Assembly: GCA_965223845.1 (NCBI GenBank)
Contig: CBDCXR010000004.1
Location: forward strand, 1,696,001-1,760,000
Reading direction: 5' to 3'
From: Planctomycetota bacterium
GTDB lineage: Bacteria; Planctomycetota; UBA8108; SXIK01
DNA: 64,000 nucleotides
Part shown: positions 1 to 7,798 of the stretch, in pieces
Layout of the letters: each line of letters begins with the position of its first letter
Position numbering within the stretch: the first letter of the stretch is position 1
Made by a program: the position numbers and the translations under genes
The notes under the pieces: generated by a model
Database searches by the model: none
What the model was told of the DNA's origin: nothing
Seen by the model: the letters and a program-made list of their open reading frames with translations, nothing else

Positions 1-13
1 GAAGACGAAGGAC

Positions 14-1459
14 ATGCCGAACCGGACCGTCCGGCTCCACGCCGGGAATCGTCTTCGGCTTGCAAAGGACGCTGTCGCGAAAAGCCTTCCTCTTCTTCAA
101 TCGAGCTCGGACGTATTCCTCAAGAACCGGGAGGGCTGCGTCTCGTGTCACCACCAGAACCTCCCCGGTGTCGCGATCGCCTGGGCTCGCGATCGGGGTT
201 TCGAGACGGATGCGAGCACGGTCCGACGGATGATCCGTCGTCAGGAGAGCTCGTGGTCGGGCATGACCCGCGCGCTCTACGAAATGCAGCACGTCGCGCC
301 GGTACCGCCGCGCTTCTTCGGCTGGGGACTGTGGTCGTTCGATGCGCTCGGGTATCCGCCGGGCGAGCTGACCGACGCGGTCGTCTGGTATCTGGCGAAG
401 ATTCAAAAGCCGTCGGGACACTGGACGTCGGGCTTTCTGCGTCCTCCACTAGGGGGAAGCGACGTCGTTGCGACCGCCCTCGCCGCGCGTGCGCTCAGCG
501 CATATCCGCTCACGATCCATCGCGAGGAGTTCGCGCAGCGACTCGAGCGCGCTCGCGCGTGGCTCTCGGAGTCGGAGCCGGCGACCTTCACCGATTCGGT
601 GTTTCGTCTGTTCGGCCTCGGGTGGACCGGCGCCCGCGTCGACGAACTGTCGGCGGCTGCGAACGAGATCCTCGCTCGCCAGCAGGAGGACGGCGGCTGG
701 GCGCAGCTCCCCGGGCTAGGGAGCGACGCCTGGGCGACCGGCCAAGCTCTCGTCGCGCTCGCGACCGCGGCAGCGGTGCCGACCACGCACCGGGTGTATC
801 AACGGGGCCTCGAGTTCCTTCTTCGCACGCAGTTCGATGATGGCTCTTGGTTCGTCCCCACTCGCGCGTGGCCGTTTCAGCCGCACTTCGACGGCGGTTT
901 TCCTCACGGACGAGACCAGTGGATCTCGGCGCCCGCGACCGCGTGGGCGACGATGGCGCTCACGCTCGCTGTGAAACCGTTCGCCGAAGTGACGATCGAC
1001 GTCCAACTCGAGGCCAAATCGAGCGACGATTCGCGAGCGAGCGTCGCCCCGCCGAGTGCGGCGAACTCGAACTCGAGCTCGGAGCCGCCGACGCCACCGG
1101 ACCGCGGAGCGGCCGACGTCGAGTTCAAGCGGGACGTCGCTCGCGTCCTCGAGCGCTCGTGCGCCGCGTGTCACAGCGGTGATCGCCCGAAGGCGAGCTT
1201 TCGTGTGACGGATCGCGCCGCGCTCGTCAAGGGAGGAGAGAGTGGGGTGGCGTCGATCGTTCCCGGCCGAAGCGGAGACAGTCCGCTCGTCGCGATGGTG
1301 TCCGATCGAGTCGAGGATCTCGAGATGCCGCCGCCAGCCAAGCGCGACCGGTATCCGGCGCTCACCGAGGAGGAGATCGCGCTTCTCCGCGCGTGGATCG
1401 ATGGCGGCGCGAGCTGGCCGGACGGCGTCGCGGTGAAGCCCCCGGCCGCCGGGGACTGA
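14..1459 (+). CDS. Prenyltransferase/squalene-cyclase-like repeat protein with C-terminal planctomycete cytochrome c (PSCyt1-like) domain; probably 5'-truncated
   Basis: QW-like repeats (IQKPSGHW, RQQEDGGW, TQFDDGSW); N-terminal CVSCHH; C-terminal FKRDVARVLERSCAACH...LEMPP...LRAWIDGGASWP. The frame is open to the window edge. Confidence 0.75.
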   Translation: MPNRTVRLHAGNRLRLAKDAVAKSLPLLQSSSDVFLKNREGCVSCHHQNLPGVAIAWARDRGFETDASTVRRMIRRQESSWSGMTRALYEMQHVAPVPPRFFGWGLWSFDALGYPPGELTDAVVWYLAKIQKPSGHWTSGFLRPPLGGSDVVATALAARALSAYPLTIHREEFAQRLERARAWLSESEPATFTDSVFRLFGLGWTGARVDELSAAANEILARQQEDGGWAQLPGLGSDAWATGQALVALATAAAVPTTHRVYQRGLEFLLRTQFDDGSWFVPTRAWPFQPHFDGGFPHGRDQWISAPATAWATMALTLAVKPFAEVTIDVQLEAKSSDDSRASVAPPSAANSNSSSEPPTPPDRGAADVEFKRDVARVLERSCAACHSGDRPKASFRVTDRAALVKGGESGVASIVPGRSGDSPLVAMVSDRVEDLEMPPPAKRDRYPALTEEEIALLRAWIDGGASWPDGVAVKPPAAGD

Positions 1460-1619
1460 GTGCTCGACTGGGCCGTGTCTCGGTTTTTTCCGACCCTCCT
1501 CGGCGTTCCGACGGTTCAACCAGGAGCCGACGTGGTGTGAGACGCGATCGAGCCGCGCGTCGACGCGGCGCGCGGCTCGATCACCACCCCACCCCAGCTG
1601 AATGCGCGGGAGCGCCGAC

Positions 1620-3173
1620 ATGTGTCGAATCGTCATGCCGAGTCTTGCTGTCTTTCTAGCGACGAATGTCGCGCTCGTCGGGATCTCGCCCGCGGTCGGA
1701 TTCGGATCTCCGGGCTCGCCCGTGACGGTAGCGGCGGGCGAGCTCGATGAGCTCGTGAAGGAATACGAAGAAGCGAAGCGGGCGTGGCAGCAGTGGAAGG
1801 CGAATGCCGGTCGCCGCGGCGGCGGCCGAGGAGGAGGACGGGGAGGCGGCCGAGGCGGAGGCCGAGGCGGCGGACGACGCGAACGTCCCGAGCTGCAACC
1901 GATCCTCCGGCGCATCGCGAAGCTCGAGACGAAACCGAGCTTCGCGTACCTCGCTCGCGAGTATCGAGACCCGATTCCGGAGATCGCCGCGATGGTCGGT
2001 CTCGCGATGCTCGACAGCGGAAACGAGAATGCGGTGCGCACGGTCATTGCCGGCTTCAATCGCGGCGGCCGGTGGACGTTCGGCGCGAAGGCGCGGATTC
2101 TCGATGCACTTGCCAAACACGCGAACCCGGACGGTCTCCGTTTCGTGATCAAGCTCGCCTCGCGCGGGAAGTCGACGCTGCGCGCGGTGGCCATCGGCAG
2201 CCTGAGGCTGACGCCGAAGGAGCCGGATGCGCGCGAAGCGCTGATCGAGGCCTTGGCGGATCGCTCGCCGCAGATTCGAAGCGCGGCGATTCGCGCGCTG
2301 AAGTACTACGAGCACAAGGCGGTGGTTCGAGCTGCCGTCGATCGTCTCGCCAAGGAGAAGGAGGAGAACCTTCGCGTCGACGTCGTCCGTCTCCTCGTGA
2401 AGCTCACCGGACAAAACATGGGCTTCGAGGCGAAGGACTGGTCGAAGTGGTGGGAGGGGGCCGAGCCGCGATTTGAGTTTGATCAGAAGCCGGCCGGAAC
2501 GACGATCACGGTTACACCGGACCTCGAGTACTTCGGCATCGAGGTCGCGTCTAAACGGGTCTCGTTTCTCGTCGACGCGTCGCTCAGCATGGAGCCGCGT
2601 TCCGGTGGGCGTCGTGGCGGCCGGCGGGGCGGTGGGCCCGGGGGGGGAGGCGATGACGGAAACGGAGGGGGTGGTGACGGCGGGCGAGCTCGCGGCACGA
2701 ATTCGAAGCTCGTCCTCATGAAGGAAGAGCTCACGCGCATCCTCGAAAAACTCCCGGAATCGACGCTCGTCAACATCATCCCGTTCCACCGCAATCCCGT
2801 CCCCTGGAAGAAGGAGCTCCATTCCCTGAAGGGAGCTGGGCGCGCGCAAGCGATTCAGTTCGTGAAGGATCTCAAGACCGACTTCGGGACGAATATCTAC
2901 GACACCCTCGAGATCGCTCTCGACGACAAGCGCGTCGATACGATCTTCCTCCTATCCGACGGGCGCCCGGTGGGAGGCAAGATCTCCGATCCGGAGGAGA
3001 TCGTCCGCGAGATCAGTGCGATCAATCGCGTCCGCGGCGCGAAGATTCACTGCATCAGCTTTGGTCTCGAAACCGAGTTCCTGAAGAATCTCGCGGAGGA
3101 GAACGGCGGAGACTATCGCTCGGTCGATCCGAGGTCAGACCGGAGGAGAAGGGGCAGAGCCGGAGCTCCGTGA
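1620..3173 (+). CDS. Exported HEAT-repeat plus von Willebrand factor A domain protein
   Basis: Signal-like N-terminus; HEAT repeats (LIEALADRSPQIRSAAIRAL); MIDAS motif DASLS...T...LSDG; two Gly/Arg-rich inserts. Start uncertain (1602, 1620 or 1635). Confidence 0.8.
   Translation: MCRIVMPSLAVFLATNVALVGISPAVGFGSPGSPVTVAAGELDELVKEYEEAKRAWQQWKANAGRRGGGRGGGRGGGRGGGRGGGRRERPELQPILRRIAKLETKPSFAYLAREYRDPIPEIAAMVGLAMLDSGNENAVRTVIAGFNRGGRWTFGAKARILDALAKHANPDGLRFVIKLASRGKSTLRAVAIGSLRLTPKEPDAREALIEALADRSPQIRSAAIRALKYYEHKAVVRAAVDRLAKEKEENLRVDVVRLLVKLTGQNMGFEAKDWSKWWEGAEPRFEFDQKPAGTTITVTPDLEYFGIEVASKRVSFLVDASLSMEPRSGGRRGGRRGGGPGGGGDDGNGGGGDGGRARGTNSKLVLMKEELTRILEKLPESTLVNIIPFHRNPVPWKKELHSLKGAGRAQAIQFVKDLKTDFGTNIYDTLEIALDDKRVDTIFLLSDGRPVGGKISDPEEIVREISAINRVRGAKIHCISFGLETEFLKNLAEENGGDYRSVDPRSDRRRRGRAGAP
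1812..1880 (+). repeat. (GGGR)x5 low-complexity coding repeat
   Basis: Translation RRGGGRGGGRGGGRGGGRGGGRR; 12-bp periodicity with varied synonymous codons. Confidence 0.85.
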
Positions 3174-3230
3174 CAGCGCTCCGCCACGAAATCTGGCGGG
3201 GCTCATCGCGCCCGGATCCGCTCGCAAGTG

Positions 3231-4691
3231 CTACTTTCGAACGACCGGGTCCAGCCAGACGCAGTGAAGCCAGTCGCGCCGGCCTTTGCACGTGGCAACG
3301 AGCGCGAGCTCCTCGACGCGTGCGATCGCAACGTCGCACTTCACGTGCTTTCCGCTGCCGCGCATCGGCTTCGATTCCCAGAGGACTTTGTCGTCTCCGA
3401 CGACCAAGAACCTCACGCTGGCGCGTTGGCGGGTCGGACGCGCGGTGTCGTTGAGACCGACGAAGGCGGAGAAGTGTTGGAACTGTCCGCGGATGCGGAA
3501 GCTCACTCTCGCGTCACCTTGCGTCTTGGCGTGCATTGCGATTCCACGCGGCGAGGGCACGCCTTCGACCCGGATGCGAGTATCGGAGATTCCGGGCACG
3601 CTGAAGCCGAGCTTTCCGAAGCCGAGCTCACCGTAGCCGACCTCCGAGTCCACGGGCTCGAGGTCGGAAAGGAACATCTCCGGCGCGGCCGAGAAGAGCT
3701 TCTCCTCGATGCGCGACCGAGCCAGACCGGACGACTGCTTGAGCGCCTTCCCGAACCACAAGCCGGCGCGGGCACCGATACCGTGTCGCTCGCTTCTTTT
3801 TTCCTTCGCGGCGATCGCCATCCAGAGCTCGCCGAGGCGTTCGCACCGGCCGAGCTCGGTCGGCGACGATAGGTCTTTCTTCGCGACGTCCGCGAGCTCA
3901 CGGTTCCCGCAGCGTCGAAGCCGCTCGAGTCCGGAGCGCCAGGACCCGAGCTCGACAGCGAGGAAACGCCCGAGCTCCTCGTTCGCACCCGGGTGACTCG
4001 CGTCGGCGAGGAGCTCCTTGGTCGCGCGCGTCACGACAGACTTCTGCCTGCGCCAACGCTTTACTCGCTCGAGGCGCGAGGTGACGATCGAGCGCGGCCA
4101 CTCCGATCTCGTCGCCCGCGCGCCCTTCTTGAGGAGCGACTCCAGGTCCTTGAGGATTTCGAACCCCTCCTCGGCTTCGAGTCGGTCAAACGCGGATTCG
4201 TCGGCGACGCCGTCCACGATCTCGACCAGCTTTCCCGTGAGCTCGACTGGCTCGAGGCTCCTCGCGAGGACGCTGTAGGCGTCGACGCGCAGCCGCGTCC
4301 TGTCGACGACGAACGTTTTCGCGATCGCCGCGATCGCCGCGTCGCAGGTCTCCGTGTCGCCGACGGAGATCGCGAGATCACGCGCCTCGCGAAGGAGTAC
4401 GAAGCGCAACGCGGGGTCGCGTTCGGTTTGGCCGATGCGCAGGTACTCGCGGCCGAGGGTCTTCGGGTTCCGCGGCCGCTTGCCGCGATACTCGCTTTTG
4501 AAGCGCGAGCGGATCTTCTCTTCGGCGGCCGTCTGTGCGAGCTCCGGTGGAATCGTCTCACGAGTGCTCGGACCCTCGTCCTCAGCCCGCGCGCCGCGGC
4601 TCGCACCGAGGAGGGCTAACGCGAGCACGGCGAGACCGAAAACGAAGAATCGCGACGTCGCCCCGTACCCTCGAATTCCGCTCGAATTCAT
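3231..4691 (-). CDS. Exported helical protein with C-terminal NPCBM/NEW2 carbohydrate-binding domain
   Basis: Signal peptide ending ARA; C-terminal FLSDLEP...GIAMHA...FSAFVGLND...VRFLVVGDDKVLWES...HCVWLDP. Confidence 0.75.
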   Translation of the reverse strand: MNSSGIRGYGATSRFFVFGLAVLALALLGASRGARAEDEGPSTRETIPPELAQTAAEEKIRSRFKSEYRGKRPRNPKTLGREYLRIGQTERDPALRFVLLREARDLAISVGDTETCDAAIAAIAKTFVVDRTRLRVDAYSVLARSLEPVELTGKLVEIVDGVADESAFDRLEAEEGFEILKDLESLLKKGARATRSEWPRSIVTSRLERVKRWRRQKSVVTRATKELLADASHPGANEELGRFLAVELGSWRSGLERLRRCGNRELADVAKKDLSSPTELGRCERLGELWMAIAAKEKRSERHGIGARAGLWFGKALKQSSGLARSRIEEKLFSAAPEMFLSDLEPVDSEVGYGELGFGKLGFSVPGISDTRIRVEGVPSPRGIAMHAKTQGDARVSFRIRGQFQHFSAFVGLNDTARPTRQRASVRFLVVGDDKVLWESKPMRGSGKHVKCDVAIARVEELALVATCKGRRDWLHCVWLDPVVRK

Positions 4692-4849
4692 CTTCAGGAC
4701 CTGCTCTCCGCGTACTGTTCTCCGTAGATGGGGACGACGCCGACGGCGTCGATCTTAGGCCATCTTTCCACGGATAGGTGGGCAATCGGTACGGATTCGC
4801 GAAGGAGACGAGCGGAGATCGAACCGAACCCGACGGTCCGGGCAGGTCT

Positions 4850-5872
4850 TCAGGGTTGCCGGGCTAGATACCCCGCGATCGCGCGATCGCTGTGCTCGCG
4901 GAGGGACTCCGGCCAGCCCGCAGGATCCCGCGCGTAGGTCCGCCAGACGATCGGGTCGTGGAGCGGGACGATGATCCCGCGATCCCGCCGGGCCAGGTCG
5001 ACGATTCGCCGGACCGCGCTGCGGAGGTTTTCCGGCGTCGTTCTGATCTCGGGGAGGACCGCGTTCTCGAGCAGACGATAAAGATAGATGTCGTCGCTCG
5101 AGATGATGACGGGACCGCGATCGGTGTCGACGACGACCGCCTGGCTGCAGATCGAGTGTCCGCCGAGATAGAGCGTGCGGAGTCCGGGAAAGATCTCGGC
5201 GTCGTCCTCGAACCGTACTTTTCTCTCCGCCTCCCGGCGGAGGAGAAAATCCGCGAACGCGTAGTCGACGTAGCTGTTCCACCGCTCGCCGTCTCGACGC
5301 GCGAGATTGTCTTCCCAGCCTCGACGCGAGACGTGAAGGAGTGCATTCGGAGACTCTTCGGCGACACCTCCGTCGCGTGCGTCGTGCATTCCGTGGTGGT
5401 CGGCATGGAGATGGGTAAACACGATATGGTCGATCGACTCGATGCCGCGACCCGTTGCTTCGAGCTGCGCGATGATGTTGCCGTACGGCTGGCGGACGTC
5501 GTCGGGATATCGCTCCTCGGGCGGCAATTCCGCCCCGAGGTCGCGGAAGAACCCGTGGTGGCGAAACATCCGGTTCGTGTACTCGAGACTCTTCGGACCG
5601 AGGTCGATCAGCGCGGATCGTCCGTCGGGGGTTTCGACGAGAAAGGAATAGATCACGAACGGCACGCGTTCGTCAGCGGAATGCGCGGCTCCGAGGACGT
5701 GGTCCGCCCCGAGCAGGCATTCGCCCACGTTGAACGGCCGAATTTGCGCAGCCGCGGCCGCAGCGACACCCAGCGTTTCGTCTTCCGCCGGGGCACGACA
5801 AGAAGGCACGACGGACGCCAGCGCGAAGAACAGAGCGACCGTCGATGCGCTGTTGGTACCGGTGTGATTCAA
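4850..5872 (-). CDS. Metallo-beta-lactamase-fold hydrolase (N-acyl-homoserine-lactonase-like), putative lipoprotein
   Basis: THLHADH, GGHS, SSDD and PLHD metal ligands; hydrophobic N-terminus with VVPSC. Confidence 0.8.
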   Translation of the reverse strand: MNHTGTNSASTVALFFALASVVPSCRAPAEDETLGVAAAAAAQIRPFNVGECLLGADHVLGAAHSADERVPFVIYSFLVETPDGRSALIDLGPKSLEYTNRMFRHHGFFRDLGAELPPEERYPDDVRQPYGNIIAQLEATGRGIESIDHIVFTHLHADHHGMHDARDGGVAEESPNALLHVSRRGWEDNLARRDGERWNSYVDYAFADFLLRREAERKVRFEDDAEIFPGLRTLYLGGHSICSQAVVVDTDRGPVIISSDDIYLYRLLENAVLPEIRTTPENLRSAVRRIVDLARRDRGIIVPLHDPIVWRTYARDPAGWPESLREHSDRAIAGYLARQP

Positions 5873-6054
5873 ACTAGGGCTCCGAGTTTCGCGTTCGCGT
5901 CATTGTGCGATGTCCCGCGCAAGTTAGGGCGGAGTTTTCCGCCGTGCGTTTCGGCCGCGGATCGCAACGCCTACCCCGACTCCGCCCGGCGCAGGCAGTA
6001 AAATCGGAGGGCGCGACGCAGCGCAAGCACGAAGGCCCACGCCGACGAGTGACC

Positions 6055-6636
6055 ATGATCGAAACGCTTCGTCTCCCGCTCGAGTTCTCACCGGAGCTTC
6101 TTCGCCGCGATCTCGACCGCATCGACGACGACCGCTGGATCGCGCACTTCAATACGACGAACTACGCGGGCGATTGGAGCGGCGTCGCGCTCCGCGGACC
6201 CGCGGACGTGACGCACCCGATTCAGGAGCTCTTCGCGAATCCTGGGACCACGGCGTGGGCGGAGACCCGACTCGCCGACGAGTGCCCGTACTTCCGCGAC
6301 GTGATGGGGCGCTTCGAATGCCCGCTGCTCTCGGTTCGATTGCTCCGCCTGGGGCCGGGGTCGGCGATCAAGGAACACACCGACCACTGCCTCGCGCTCG
6401 AAGACGGCGAGGTTCGCCTCCACGTCCCCGTCGCGACGAGCCCCGAAGTCGAGTTCTGGCTCAATGGCAATCGTGTGGAGCTGCAACCGGGAGAGACTTG
6501 GTATCTGAACGTGAACCTCCCGCACCGCGTCGAGAACCAAAGCTCCGAGCACCGGGTGCACATGGTGATCGACTGCGTGGTCGACGACTGGCTGCGCGCG
6601 CTCTTCGCGGCCGCTGATCCCCGACGCGCGGACTAG
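6055..6636 (+). CDS. Aspartyl/asparaginyl beta-hydroxylase-domain protein (Fe/2OG dioxygenase)
   Basis: WSGVALR, VRLLRLGPGSAIKEHTD, RLHVPV, LPHRVEN...RVHMVID; HxD...H facial triad; ATG at 6055. Confidence 0.85.
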   Translation: MIETLRLPLEFSPELLRRDLDRIDDDRWIAHFNTTNYAGDWSGVALRGPADVTHPIQELFANPGTTAWAETRLADECPYFRDVMGRFECPLLSVRLLRLGPGSAIKEHTDHCLALEDGEVRLHVPVATSPEVEFWLNGNRVELQPGETWYLNVNLPHRVENQSSEHRVHMVIDCVVDDWLRALFAAADPRRAD

Positions 6637-6683
6637 CCGGAACCCCGCCAGTTCCGTCGCAGATCGGGCGTCGCGGCGGATGC

Positions 6684-6710
6684 AAAAACCCCCGGACATC
6701 GCCGGGGGTT
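6684..6710 (-). terminator. Rho-independent terminator downstream of tRNA-Asn
   Basis: AACCCCCGG-loop-CCGGGGGTT hairpin followed by a T-tract on the minus strand (plus-strand AAAAA at 6684-6688). Confidence 0.75.
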
Positions 6711-6724
6711 CACGTTGATTTCAG

Positions 6725-6800
6725 TGGCTCCTCAGCCTGGACTCGAACCAGGAACCTACCGGTTAACAGCCGGCTACTCTACCAATTGAGCTACTGAGGA
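6725..6800 (-). tRNA. tRNA-Asn (anticodon GTT)
   Basis: Reverse complement TCCTCAGTAGCTCAATTGGTAGAGTAGCCGGCTGTTAACCGGTAGGTTCCTGGTTCGAGTCCAGGCTGAGGAGCCA: 76 nt cloverleaf, TTCGA T-loop, encoded CCA. Confidence 0.97.
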
Positions 6801-6819
6801 TCAGTGGATGGGAGGCGCT

Positions 6820-6848
6820 ACTATACGGTCGAGCGTACTCGAACGCAA
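6820..6848 (-). promoter_or_regulatory. Putative sigma70 promoter of tRNA-Asn
   Basis: Minus strand TTGCGT-17 nt-TATAGT, about 20 nt upstream of the tRNA 5' end. Confidence 0.6.
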
Positions 6849-6892
6849 CCGAGGGAAACCGCCCTCGCAACCGGGATCAGGACTCGGTTTTG

Positions 6893-7279
6893 TCAGTGCG
6901 GAACCTGGAGGACGAGCTGTCCGTCCGATCCTCGGACGACGACGAGTTTCGTGCTCGGAGCCGACGGAATGCGTGCCGTCGCGATCGCCGTTGTCGTCTC
7001 TTCGGAAACACCCGTCGAGCCGGCTCCGACCAACTCGAATTCCGCGGTCGATTCCTCTTCGGTCGCAACGGATCGCAGCTCGACTTGCCAGCCGGGCCCC
7101 GGAGTCCGCGTCTCGACCGCTAGGGTCACACCGTGCTGGCTGTCGAGGAAGTCCGCGCTCACGACCGGGAGGTCGACCCAGGTGGGAGGGGTGTCGGAGA
7201 CGGCCGTCAGCCGGCCTTGGCCGGCACAGCCCACCGCGGCGACGAGAAGCGAAACGGCGAGAAGTTTCGAGAGGGTCAT
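6893..7279 (-). CDS. Small lipoprotein (possibly PrcB C-terminal-like beta-sandwich)
   Basis: Lipobox AAVGC after a hydrophobic stretch; RTPGPGWQVELRSV resembles the PrcB_C/protease-inhibitor motif. Confidence 0.55.
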   Translation of the reverse strand: MTLSKLLAVSLLVAAVGCAGQGRLTAVSDTPPTWVDLPVVSADFLDSQHGVTLAVETRTPGPGWQVELRSVATEEESTAEFELVGAGSTGVSEETTTAIATARIPSAPSTKLVVVRGSDGQLVLQVPH

Positions 7280-7701
7280 TCGAGTCACCTTTCCTGCGTG
7301 GCCCCCGCGACGCGCGGAGAGAACGGAGCCCGAGGCGCGATCGGCTCCCGCGGGAGCGTCCCCTCGACGGATCCGCTGTCTCGCGGCCGGGTAGAGAGTT
7401 CGGCGATGTTCGCGACGAGCCCGCGCTCGGTGGGGTTGCTCGAACCCTTTGCCGGCGCCGGCTCCCGACCCGGGGGTCGTGCGGAACCACGAACCGTGGG
7501 CGCGGCCCCCCAGGAATGGACTTTTTCTCTATCGACCGGCCCGCCCCTCAGGGTTTCGAAGGCGCGATTATCAGTCGCTCACCCGGTTCCGCCGGACCCG
7601 GGCGGGCTCCGGTCCCGACGGCGGGTCTCGCGGGCCCCGCGGGTGTCGAACATCCGCGAAACGAACCGGTAGGATGCCGGACCGCCGGGGTTTTGCGCTA
7701 C

Positions 7702-7727
7702 GAACTCCCGTCGTACGTGGAGTCTAA
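7702..7727 (+). promoter_or_regulatory. Putative ECF (RpoE/AlgU-type) promoter
   Basis: GAACTC-15 nt-TCTAA about 70 nt upstream of the 7799 ATG, upstream of an ECF sigma gene on the same strand. Confidence 0.4.
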
Positions 7728-7798
7728 GTCTAAGCCGGGTCGCGGGACTGGGTTCCCGGACGAAGTCGACCTCGCTGCCAACGGAGCTGCGGCAAACG

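Noticed and set aside
6637-6800. tRNA-Asn as attachment site of an active integrative element
   Set aside because: No integrase and no duplicated tRNA 3' end were found in the window.
7289-7700. Possible ncRNA in the long divergent intergenic region
   Set aside because: GC-rich hairpin potential only; no recognisable riboswitch or RNA family consensus.
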